The notes beneath the pieces are model-generated. The model did not search any database. It was not told where the DNA came from and saw only the letters and a list, made by a program, of their open reading frames with translations. Below, one piece after another: positions 24,088 through 32,955 of a DNA stretch of 64,000 bases (its first letter is position 1; each line of letters opens with the position of its first letter). Origin of the DNA: Candidatus Eiseniibacteriota bacterium (GTDB taxonomy: Bacteria > Eisenbacteria > RBG-16-71-46). The stretch lies in the NCBI GenBank assembly GCA_041483195.1, contig JBGPFC010000018.1:1-64000 (forward strand), read 5' to 3'. Made by a program: the position numbers and the translations under genes.

Positions 24088-25359
24088 CTAGGCACTCGCG
24101 CGCGGGGCGTCAATCGCGGCGAGCGGATCGCGCAGCGCGCGCAACGGCGAGAGCGCGAGCACGACCAGCGCGATGAACGTGACGCCCGCGCCCGCCAGCA
24201 GCACCGCACGCGGACCCGCGCGCTCGCCGAGCACTCCGCCCGCGAGCGACCCCGCCAGCTTCGCCGCGAGGCACGCGAAGGCGATGCTCGCGCTGACGCG
24301 GCCCAGCAGCCGGTCGGGCGTCACGCGCTGGGTGAGACTCAGGAGCTGAATCTCGAAGATGGTGTGCGCCCCGTCGCCGGCCAGCTGCTGGCCGAGCAGC
24401 AGCGCGAGCGCCGTCCACGTCGCGCCATAGGCGAGCGGCGGCAACAGCCTCCCGATCGCGACCAGCGCGAGGCATGCCAGCAGCGCGTTCCCGATTCCGA
24501 GCCTTCGCCCCGCTCGCGTCGCGAGCACGGCGCCGGCGAACGAGCTCGCGCCCCCGACCGCGAACACCATGCCAAGCACCCCGGTCGCGAAGCCGAGCGT
24601 CCGCGCGAAGAACAGCATGAGCATCGCCGCGATCGCGCCGCTCGCGAGGTCGACCAGCAGCCGGCAGGCCGCGACCGAGCGCAGGAGCGGATCGCCCATC
24701 ACCACCCGCAGGCCCTCGGCGATCTCGATGCGCATCGCGCCGCGGTCCGCGACCGGAGCGGGCGCCGGCTCCGGGGCGCGGATCGCGCCGACGCAGACCG
24801 CGGACACCACGAAGCTCACGGCGTCGATCAGCACGGTGAGCGGGCCGCCCAGCCACTGCACCAGCCAGCCCGCGATGCCGAACGCGCCCGTCTCCGCGAC
24901 CGCGCTGCTCGCGGCGAGCCGGCTGTTGGCGGCCACCACCCGGTCGCGCGAGACCAGCGTGGGCAGGTACGAGACGTACGCGACGTCGAACGTCATCGAG
25001 AGCGCGCCCACCATGAACCCGACCGCGTAGAGCTGCGGCATGCGCAGCGCGCCGAGCAGCGCGGCCGCGGGAATGGTGGCGAGCAGCGCGGCGCGGCCGA
25101 GATCGGCGCCGATCATGATCGGGCGCCGGCGCAGCCGGTCCGCCCACGCGCCGGCGAAGAGTCCGACCAGCAGGCCGGGCGCGAGCTCGGCGGCGATCTG
25201 AAACCCCATCTCCATCGGCCGCGCGCGCAGGAACAGCACCGCCGTGAACGGCAGCGCCGCGCGCGTGACCATCGAGCCGAACACCGAGACCGTCTGGCCG
25301 GCCCAGAGGCGGTTGAAATCGGGATCGCGCCCGAGGTTCGCGCGCGCGGCCGCGCTCAC
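24088..25359 (-). CDS. MFS transporter
   Basis: DFNRLWAGQTVSVFG, GAWADRLRRRPIM motif A, 12-TM pattern; GTGA overlap. Confidence 0.9.
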   Translation of the reverse strand: MSAAARANLGRDPDFNRLWAGQTVSVFGSMVTRAALPFTAVLFLRARPMEMGFQIAAELAPGLLVGLFAGAWADRLRRRPIMIGADLGRAALLATIPAAALLGALRMPQLYAVGFMVGALSMTFDVAYVSYLPTLVSRDRVVAANSRLAASSAVAETGAFGIAGWLVQWLGGPLTVLIDAVSFVVSAVCVGAIRAPEPAPAPVADRGAMRIEIAEGLRVVMGDPLLRSVAACRLLVDLASGAIAAMLMLFFARTLGFATGVLGMVFAVGGASSFAGAVLATRAGRRLGIGNALLACLALVAIGRLLPPLAYGATWTALALLLGQQLAGDGAHTIFEIQLLSLTQRVTPDRLLGRVSASIAFACLAAKLAGSLAGGVLGERAGPRAVLLAGAGVTFIALVVLALSPLRALRDPLAAIDAPRASA

Positions 25360-27236
25360 GGATGCGGGGCGCGCGCCGCGCGCAACCGCGCGAGCATCTG
25401 CCGCGCCGCGGGATGGCCGGGATACTCCGAGATCACCGACTCCATCGCGGCCTCCGCTCCATCGAGATCGCCGCGATCCGCGGCGCGCGCCGCGAGCACG
25501 AGGCGCGCCTCCGGCCCCACCGGCCACAGCTCGAGCGCGCGCAGCGCCTCGCGTTCCCCGCCCGCGTGATCGCCGAGCGCGAATATGCACCACGCGCGCA
25601 CCCCGGCGAGCGCACCGAGGAACATCTTCGCCTCGCGGTTCGACTGGAGCGAATCGGCGCGATCCACCTCGCGCATCGCGGCGGCGAACTCGTTGCGCTC
25701 GAGACGCTCGAACCCGCGCAGCATGCCGCGCGTGGCCTCGACATCGACGACCGCGACCTGCGGCGGGGCCCCGGTCTGGTATTGCACGACCGTGACGAGC
25801 TCGAGATCGGGGCGCCTCGTGAACTCGTCGAAGCTCACCCAGCGCAGCGTGCTGTCCCGGTACCACACCTCGAGCGCCTTCGATCCGCCGAACGCGTACT
25901 GGCTCGCGAGCGGCATGTTCATCTGGCCCACCATCGCGCCCCGCGGCAGGCGCGGGAATCCGGCGCGCAGCGCGGCGCGCGTCTCGCTCATGAGCAGCTG
26001 CAACCGCGCGATCTTGGAGAAATCGGTGAAGGCACCGCGCTCATCCGGCATGCCGGTGATCTCGTGCGGCGCCGCGGGACTCGCCGCGAACGCCGCGAGC
26101 TTGACGACCATCACCAGCGCGAGCAGCGCCGGGTGCGCGGCGCTCAGCAGCCCCACGAGCGCGATCCCGAGACCGATGCTGCCGTACAGCGTGCGCGCCG
26201 GCGCCCACAGCGGGTAGATGGTGGCGAGCGTCCCGCAGGCCGCGCCGAACCACGCCAGCCCCCACAGCGTCCACGGCGCGCCGGCGCGCAGGCGCTGGCG
26301 GGCGCGCGCGCCGAGCCCCACCCCGGCGAGCGCGATCGCGATCAGTCCCGCGACCGCCGCGCCCACCGCGATGTCCCACCGTCCCGGGGCCAGCGCCAGG
26401 CTGAAGATCGCGCGCACGCTGTTCCACGCGGCCCACGCCAGCCGCGCGGGGATCGGCGTCGCGAGCAGCGCAGGGTCCCGCTCGAGCCCGTGCGGCAGCT
26501 CGAGCCCCGCGTGCCGGCGGATCGCGAGGTAGGCCACCGCCCAGAGCGCGACCAGCGCGAGGCTCGCCCCCGCCCAGCGCACGCGCGTCCGCCGGTCGGT
26601 CGGCGCGGCGCGCGGCACCCACGGCAGCATCAGCGCGGTGACCACGTTCACTTCCTTGCACAGCAGCGCCGCCAGCAGCGCCGCCAGCGAGGTCGGCAGG
26701 CGGCGCCGCGCCGCCTCGTGAAGCGCGATCGCCGAGAAGAAGAAAGATCCCAGGTCCACCGAGTGCGTCGGCCACGTGATGATGGTGCGCGTGGAATCGG
26801 CCAGCAGCGGAAACGCGGCGGCCGCAGCGGCCGCGTAGCCCGGCCACGTGCCTCGCAGCATCCGGTAGATCAGCAGCGATCCCACCCCGAGCGCGAGCAC
26901 GTGGATCGCCGCGATCGCGCGGGGATGCGCGAGCATCAGCGGGCCGAACAGGAGGTAGTAGACCTGGTGCGAGAGCGGGCGCCAGAACGCGAGCGATCCG
27001 CCGCCATCGAGCAGCGTGTGCCGGTGCTCGAGCAGCGCGCGATGAAGGAAATCGAAGTCCTCCGCCGCCGGCTCGCCGAGCGGCGCGCCGAGGCTGTGGA
27101 GCACGAGCGGAATCAGCGCGGCGAGCGTGGCCCACGCCCACGGATCGCGCCACGCCGGCGGCGCGGGCGATGGCGGCGGCAGCGCCGCGGGGCGCGCCGG
27201 GGCCTTCGATGGAGCCGCGCGGCGGCGGCGGCTCAG
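25356..27236 (-). CDS. Putative GT-C/TPR membrane protein (paralog 2), probable CTG start
   Basis: WRDPWAW, GEPAAEDFD, FWRPL, LLCKE; conserved N-terminus lies upstream of the first GTG. Confidence 0.7.
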   Translation of the reverse strand: MSRRRRAAPSKAPARPAALPPPSPAPPAWRDPWAWATLAALIPLVLHSLGAPLGEPAAEDFDFLHRALLEHRHTLLDGGGSLAFWRPLSHQVYYLLFGPLMLAHPRAIAAIHVLALGVGSLLIYRMLRGTWPGYAAAAAAAFPLLADSTRTIITWPTHSVDLGSFFFSAIALHEAARRRLPTSLAALLAALLCKEVNVVTALMLPWVPRAAPTDRRTRVRWAGASLALVALWAVAYLAIRRHAGLELPHGLERDPALLATPIPARLAWAAWNSVRAIFSLALAPGRWDIAVGAAVAGLIAIALAGVGLGARARQRLRAGAPWTLWGLAWFGAACGTLATIYPLWAPARTLYGSIGLGIALVGLLSAAHPALLALVMVVKLAAFAASPAAPHEITGMPDERGAFTDFSKIARLQLLMSETRAALRAGFPRLPRGAMVGQMNMPLASQYAFGGSKALEVWYRDSTLRWVSFDEFTRRPDLELVTVVQYQTGAPPQVAVVDVEATRGMLRGFERLERNEFAAAMREVDRADSLQSNREAKMFLGALAGVRAWCIFALGDHAGGEREALRALELWPVGPEARLVLAARAADRGDLDGAEAAMESVISEYPGHPAARQMLARLRAARAPHP

Positions 27237-27422
27237 GGCGTCACCTCGGCCCGGGCCGCGGCCACGGCGAGGTTGATCTGCGCGCCGGTATCAGAACGCA
27301 TGCGATGGGCACCGGGTTGGGGTGGGAATGGCGACCCGAAACGCGCAGCTTATCATCGGCCTCCCGGGCTCGTTAACCCGGCTTGTCTCAAGCCCCCGGG
27401 CGCGCGTAAGATTTCGGGTCCG

Positions 27423-28442
27423 ATGACCTCGCAGAACCCACCTTCGAGCGACTCCGCCGTGTTGATCGACACCCACGGCCGCGTGGTGCGTGACCTCCGC
27501 ATCTCGGTCACCGACCGCTGCAACCTGCGCTGCGTGTACTGCATGCCGGCCGAGGGCATGCCGTGGCTCCCGAAGCAGGACCTGCTCACCTACGAGGAGA
27601 TCACGCGCTTCGCGCGCGTCTGCCTCGCGCTCGGCGTGCGCGGCATCCGCTTGACCGGAGGCGAGCCGACGGTGCGCGCCGACCTGCCGGTGCTGGTGCG
27701 GATGCTGAGCGATCTCGCGCCCGGCCTCGATCTCTCGGTGACCACCAACGGCCTCAAGCTGGTCGCGATGGCCGACGAGCTGCGCGCCGCGGGGTTGAAG
27801 CGCGTCAACGTGAGCCTCGACACGCTCGACCCCGAGCGCTTCCACCGGCTCGCGCGGCGCGACCGGTTCCACGAGGTGATCGCGGGGATCGAGGCGGCGC
27901 GGCGCGTGGGGTTCAGCCCGATCAAGGTGAACGCGGTGCTGATGCGCGGCTTCAACGACGACGAGGCGGTGTCGCTCGCGCGCTGGGCGCGCGATCATGA
28001 TTACGAGCTGCGCTTCATCGAGTGGATGCCGCTCGACTTCTCGCACAACTGGTCGCGCGAGAAGCTGGTGCCGGCCGACGAGATCCTGGCCGCGATCGGC
28101 GAAGAATTCCCCCTCGAGCTCGCGCCCGGCGAGGACCCGAGCGCCCCCGCCACGCTCTACGACTACCGCGACGGGCGCGGGCGGGTGGGCGTGATCGCGT
28201 CGGTGACGCGTCCCTTCTGCGGGCACTGCGACCGGATCCGTCTCACCGCCGACGGCCAGATCCGCACCTGCCTGTTCGCGCTCGAGGAGTACGACTTCCG
28301 CAAGGTAATGCGGGGCGGCGGCAGCGACGAAGACGTCGCGGCGCTGCTGCGCTCGGCGGTGTGGCGGAAGAAGCCAGGGCACCTGATCAACAGCCCCTAC
28401 TTCGTCCAGCCCGAACGCGGAATGAGCGCGATCGGGGGCTGA
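27423..28442 (+). CDS. moaA: GTP 3',8-cyclase MoaA
   Basis: LRISVTDRCNLRCVYC radical-SAM motif, PFCGHCDRIRLTADG, C-terminal MSAIGG. Confidence 0.97.
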   Translation: MTSQNPPSSDSAVLIDTHGRVVRDLRISVTDRCNLRCVYCMPAEGMPWLPKQDLLTYEEITRFARVCLALGVRGIRLTGGEPTVRADLPVLVRMLSDLAPGLDLSVTTNGLKLVAMADELRAAGLKRVNVSLDTLDPERFHRLARRDRFHEVIAGIEAARRVGFSPIKVNAVLMRGFNDDEAVSLARWARDHDYELRFIEWMPLDFSHNWSREKLVPADEILAAIGEEFPLELAPGEDPSAPATLYDYRDGRGRVGVIASVTRPFCGHCDRIRLTADGQIRTCLFALEEYDFRKVMRGGGSDEDVAALLRSAVWRKKPGHLINSPYFVQPERGMSAIGG

Positions 28443-28448
28443 AGCGGG
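28420..28448 (+). repeat. Direct repeat copy 1 (moaA 3' end)
   Basis: gaatgagcgcgatcgggggctgaagcggg; 27/29 match to 30810-30838. Confidence 0.9.
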
Positions 28449-28484
28449 AAGGCGGGCGGCCGCCGGAGCGCGGGAGAGGACGGC

Positions 28485-28592
28485 GTGACGAACCGGGACT
28501 TCGGCGACTTAGAGCTGATCGAGCCGCTCGCCAAGGGCGGTATGGCGTGGGTGTGGAAGGCCCGCGAGCGAGCCCTCGATCGCCGCCTTTAG
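28485..28592 (+). pseudogene. Ser/Thr kinase N-terminal fragment
   Basis: MTNRDFGDLELIEPLAKGGMAWVWKARERALDRRL*: Hanks kinase subdomain I, stopping before the VAxK lysine. Confidence 0.7.
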
Positions 28593-28724
28593 GATCGCGA
28601 TGATCTGCGCTTCCCTGGAGCGCTTCCCGGTGCTCGGCATGCGATCCTCAGTGCCGCCGAGGCTAACGAAGACTCGCTATTCGTTCCGTGTGAGCTTCCG
28701 GGGGCTACGTCGGGCGCTATGACT

Positions 28725-29762
28725 CTATGGATTGAATGTGAGCTGCCTCTTATTGCCGGAGGCGACTGTGACGATCCAATTGGTGCCGTTGCTCAAAGTG
28801 AAGTCGAGCGAGCTGAACGCAACATAGGCGATGTCGGTCCCGGTTGGACTCCAAGCGTAGCTGTTGAGGACGGAAGAGCCGACTAGACGTCGTGGCTGGC
28901 TTCCAATTGAGTCCGCGATCCATAGCTCTAGTGGTTCACCGCCGGTGAGCGGACGCTGTAGAAAGGCGATCTCGCTGCCATCCGGCGCGTATCGTGGCAG
29001 GAAGTACTGAGACGACGCACTATTCAACAGGATTCGCTGAGCACCGGTGTCCAAGCGGTACTCTACAATCTGCGATGAGGTGAGCCGACCTGCCGAATGG
29101 CCGTTCACGACGCCCAAGAGTCGAGGAGAAGAACTGTCCCAGTCTGGATAGTCCAATTGCGAATGCACGAGGTGCGCCCCTCCGCCATTCGCACCGACGA
29201 TCCATGCCCCAATCGGTTGGTCCTGTCTTTGAAAGTAGACTACGGAGTCAGCTGCCGGGTTCCACCGTGGCACGTCGGCTCGCCCGGGCGTCGGGAGAAC
29301 AGCCAAGCCCGCCGAGTCTGGAAGACCGCCGACGAGGGGGAACGTGAAGAGTCGTGGACCGACACTCGTTAGCAGCCAGCAAACCAACTTCGTACCGTCA
29401 CGCGAGATATCTGGAGCGCCCGGGTAGAGTGCCATGTGGCGGTGCAGATCCGTCCCATCGGCGCGGATTACCCACCATCCTCCCAGAGAGTCAATCCAGT
29501 CATAACGGACGTCGCCGGTGGTGGGATCGTAGGAGAGACTTCGCAGCGGAAGATGATCGAATAGCAGATGAGTTCCATCCGGAGACCAGACCGGATCCCC
29601 GTACGGCGATCCGGCGAGATACGACGGCGGGATAATCCCACTCTTGGGACGAGAGGGGTGATGGCTACAGCTCAGGGCCAAGACCATTGTTGTAGCCATG
29701 AGTAGCAGCCGCCCTACGCAAAGACGGATGCTGGCAACCACGTGAGTGAATCGCTCTAGCAT
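28725..29762 (-). CDS. TolB-like (PD40/WD40) beta-propeller lipoprotein
   Basis: LALSC lipobox; WSPDG, YAPDG, WSPTG repeats; start uncertain. Confidence 0.75.
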   Translation of the reverse strand: MLERFTHVVASIRLCVGRLLLMATTMVLALSCSHHPSRPKSGIIPPSYLAGSPYGDPVWSPDGTHLLFDHLPLRSLSYDPTTGDVRYDWIDSLGGWWVIRADGTDLHRHMALYPGAPDISRDGTKLVCWLLTSVGPRLFTFPLVGGLPDSAGLAVLPTPGRADVPRWNPAADSVVYFQRQDQPIGAWIVGANGGGAHLVHSQLDYPDWDSSSPRLLGVVNGHSAGRLTSSQIVEYRLDTGAQRILLNSASSQYFLPRYAPDGSEIAFLQRPLTGGEPLELWIADSIGSQPRRLVGSSVLNSYAWSPTGTDIAYVAFSSLDFTLSNGTNWIVTVASGNKRQLTFNP

Positions 29763-29944
29763 GTGAGTGGCGGGCTCCAGAGCGAACGCCGTCAATTGTT
29801 TTCGATACGTGCTTGCACAACAATCCAGTCGCTCACCGTGCCGGCGACCATGAGACGGCGGCGGGCTGCCCGCACCCTTCTCACCACTTCGCAGGCGCCG
29901 GGCCCTTAGGCATCTGAGCTCAAATGAGGGCAAGTGCTGCTCCC

Positions 29945-30748
29945 CTACTTCCCCGACTTTACGCGCACCTCGACGAGCACCCAGTCCGCGAACGCCTTGC
30001 CTTTGAACTGGGCCGGCCGGTACTGCGCCTCGCCGATCGCGTGCGTCGCGGCTGCCACCGCCTCGCCGCTAACTCCCTTGACTGATGTCCGGAGTCCTGC
30101 GTCGACCACCTTCCCGTTGGCGCCGACGAAGGCCACCATGGGGACCGTTTGAGAGGCACCTTGACAGGTCCCACAGACGACCTCGAGCACGGTCGGGCCG
30201 GCTGCGCGCTGACCTGAGCGCTGGATCTCCGCCTGCGTCACCTCCTCCGGCTGTTCGATCGGAACGAGGAAGCGTTCACCATATCGGTAGCGTTGGCCGC
30301 CCCGCACTGTCTCGAGGCGGGTAAGCCGGCTCGGCTCGACGGCGGCTGATTCTGCTTCAACATGAAAGGGAAGTACGAGGTCGAGCTCATGAACAATGTC
30401 GCCTTCCACAACCGTCAAATATCCCCGGATCTCCAGGTCGCCGGGTCGGTCAGGCGAGAGAGTGACGATCCAGCGTTTGCTCGGACCGATGCCACGGCCG
30501 CGGTGCAGCGTGTCTCCCGCAACCAACTTCAGGCCTGGAGACAATTGGAGACGCGCCGTTCCCTCGCCTCCATACTGCCCGGCCATGCTAAACCGAATCC
30601 TGGCCGCTTTTCCCACCCGCGGCTGGTCAAGCCAGACAGCCCCGAACCCGACGGGCGAACTCCCCTCACGCTCGCTGGCGTAGCCCCACACGGCTGAGGC
30701 GACAAACGTCCCCGCCACCACCACGCACAGCATCAACTGTCGCCGCAT
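29945..30748 (-). CDS. Secreted hypothetical protein with TonB C-terminal-like domain
   Basis: GGAGG SD, signal peptide MRRQLMLCVVVAG, C-terminal VGANGKV...AQYRPAQFKGKAFADWVLVEV. Confidence 0.7.
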   Translation of the reverse strand: MRRQLMLCVVVAGTFVASAVWGYASEREGSSPVGFGAVWLDQPRVGKAARIRFSMAGQYGGEGTARLQLSPGLKLVAGDTLHRGRGIGPSKRWIVTLSPDRPGDLEIRGYLTVVEGDIVHELDLVLPFHVEAESAAVEPSRLTRLETVRGGQRYRYGERFLVPIEQPEEVTQAEIQRSGQRAAGPTVLEVVCGTCQGASQTVPMVAFVGANGKVVDAGLRTSVKGVSGEAVAAATHAIGEAQYRPAQFKGKAFADWVLVEVRVKSGK

Positions 30749-30809
30749 GACTACCTCCATTACTCCAGCCGCGCCAGGGTGGTCGTCAACTGCCGACCAC
30801 CCGCCCGGA

Positions 30810-30838
30810 GAATGAGCGCGATCGGCGGCTGAGGCGGG
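30810..30838 (+). repeat. Direct repeat copy 2 (displaced moaA 3' end)
   Basis: gaatgagcgcgatcggcggctgaggcggg, encodes MSAIGG*. Confidence 0.9.
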
Positions 30839-30852
30839 TGCGCTTCGTCGTA

Positions 30853-32955
30853 CTACCGCACGACGACGATCTTGCTCTCCGCCCGCGACGCCCCGGCGCT
30901 CAGCCGGCACACGTAGATCCCCGCCGCGACGCGCCGGCCCCGCGCGTCCCTCCCGTCCCACTCGACCGCGTGAGTTCCCGCGGGGCGCTCGGCGTCCGCC
31001 AGCAATCGAACTCGCCGCCCCGACACATCGAACACCTCGAGGCGCACGCGCGCGAGCGCGGGCAACGTATACGCGATCGTCGCGCGCGTACGAAGCGGAT
31101 TGGGCCCGATCGACGCGAACCCGAAGCGCGACGCGCGCCCGGCGTCGGCGACGTCCGCTGCATCGGCGACGTGAATCCGCGCGATCGCGTAGTCGCATCC
31201 GCCGCTCTCGGTCGTCACCAGGAATCGCACGTTCACCGATCGCCCCAGCATCGAGTCGGGCGGCGTCCACGACAGCGTGTGGCTCGGGGCGTCGAAGCTC
31301 ATCCCGGGCTCGAGGAGGTACGCATGCCACGTGAGCGGATCGTCTTCGGGGTCCGAGCCCTCCACCGTGATCTCGAACGGCGCCCCGGCCGCGCGGACCA
31401 GACTCACGAACGGCAACGCGTGATCGATCGCCTGCCCCGCCACGCGCGTGATCCGCGGCGGCACGCTCATGTTGCGCCGCGCTGCGAAGAGCTGCGTGGT
31501 GCGCAGCGCGAGCCGCGTGCCGTCGGGCGAGAGCCGCGGCGTGAGGATGGGATCGTTGGCGGAATCCGCCTGGTCCGGGTAGTGGAGCACGGGGATCGCG
31601 CTCGGAAGCGTGAGCCCGGACGCCGAGGCGTCCAACACGTGCGTGTGCGAGCCGGTCGTGTCGCCGACGCCGAGCAGCAGCGCCTCGCCGTCGGGCGAGT
31701 ACGCCGGCGTGCTCGCGATCAGTCCCCCGCCCGGCAGCAGCACCGGGATCGCTGCGCCGCCGGATGACGCCACCCGGTACACGCCGTGCTTTCCGTTGCG
31801 CACGACGTCGTACACGATCCACGCGCCGTCGGGCGACCACTGTGGATAGAAATCGTCTCCGGTCGGCTCGTTGGTGAGCTGCACCCCGCGCGTCGTGTCG
31901 CCGTCCGCCGGCGTCTTCCACAGGTGATAGTGCTCGCCCTCCGCGGAATGGCGCGTGAACGCGATCCACTCGCCGTCCGGAGAAAACGCGGGCGTGAGGT
32001 CGCCGCGCTCCGCGACGGTTGCGTCGTTGTGGCGCGTGACCAGCCGGAGCGTGGTGTCCCCGGCGAGCCCGGGAACCCCCTTCGCCCAGATGGTGTTGTC
32101 GGCGCGGCCGAACGCGATCTCGGTGCCGAGCGGCGACCACGTCGGGTCGTAGTCGTGCACGCCGCTGTCGGGAAACGTGAACTGCATCAGGTCGTCGCCG
32201 TCGCGCGGGTCCGAGTGGGCGATGTACACCGAGCAGTCCCCGTGGGGCGCGGTATGAATGGTGAAGGCGAGTCGCCGGCCGTCTGGCGACCACGACACCG
32301 TGCTCGCGCCGATCACCCCCGAAAGCTCGGCGTCTTCCTCCGCGACGTCGCAGCTGTCGCACAGGTTGGTGCGGCGGACCAGCGTGCCGAACAGCGCGTG
32401 GCGATGCGCGTGGCCGAGGTGGGGCGCGACCAGCGCCGAATCCCCGGCGCCGATCGATCCCGAATCGTCGAGATCGCACGGGGCCTCCGAGGCGGTGGCG
32501 CGGCCATCGGCGTCGGCGTCGGTGGTGCGCACGCTGGCGGTGGCGGCGCCCACGGGGGTGCCCGAGACGCTCACCGAGAACTCGATCGTCCCGCACCCGG
32601 AGAAGCTCGGGAGGGTGATGCGCGCCCGCCCATCCGCGTCGGTGCTGTCGTCCGCGAAAATCTTCGGGCCCTGGTCGTTCACGCGCAGGTTCGAGGTGGC
32701 GGCGCCGAGCTCCACCCAGATCGACTCGGGCGGCACGCCGGCCGCGGGGAGACTCGTGTCGCGCAGATACGCGACCACGATCCGGAGCCGCGAGGGATGC
32801 GCCGTCGAGACGCTGTCGCCGCCCGGGCAGCCGACGACCGAATCACGGAACGACCACGCGACGTTGCCGGCATCGAGCGTGCGCGCGCCGGCGGACGCTG
32901 GAGCGAGCGCCCCGCTGGCGCACGCAAGCAGCAGGAACGACGCGCACCGGCTCAT
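30853..32955 (-). CDS. Secreted TolB-like propeller plus Ig-like protein with FlgD/T9SS-type C-terminal domain
   Basis: ATGA overlap with upstream gene; WSPDG/FSPDG repeats; GPNP...FDVSGRRVR...WDGRD...GIYVCRL. Confidence 0.85.
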   Translation of the reverse strand: MSRCASFLLLACASGALAPASAGARTLDAGNVAWSFRDSVVGCPGGDSVSTAHPSRLRIVVAYLRDTSLPAAGVPPESIWVELGAATSNLRVNDQGPKIFADDSTDADGRARITLPSFSGCGTIEFSVSVSGTPVGAATASVRTTDADADGRATASEAPCDLDDSGSIGAGDSALVAPHLGHAHRHALFGTLVRRTNLCDSCDVAEEDAELSGVIGASTVSWSPDGRRLAFTIHTAPHGDCSVYIAHSDPRDGDDLMQFTFPDSGVHDYDPTWSPLGTEIAFGRADNTIWAKGVPGLAGDTTLRLVTRHNDATVAERGDLTPAFSPDGEWIAFTRHSAEGEHYHLWKTPADGDTTRGVQLTNEPTGDDFYPQWSPDGAWIVYDVVRNGKHGVYRVASSGGAAIPVLLPGGGLIASTPAYSPDGEALLLGVGDTTGSHTHVLDASASGLTLPSAIPVLHYPDQADSANDPILTPRLSPDGTRLALRTTQLFAARRNMSVPPRITRVAGQAIDHALPFVSLVRAAGAPFEITVEGSDPEDDPLTWHAYLLEPGMSFDAPSHTLSWTPPDSMLGRSVNVRFLVTTESGGCDYAIARIHVADAADVADAGRASRFGFASIGPNPLRTRATIAYTLPALARVRLEVFDVSGRRVRLLADAERPAGTHAVEWDGRDARGRRVAAGIYVCRLSAGASRAESKIVVVR

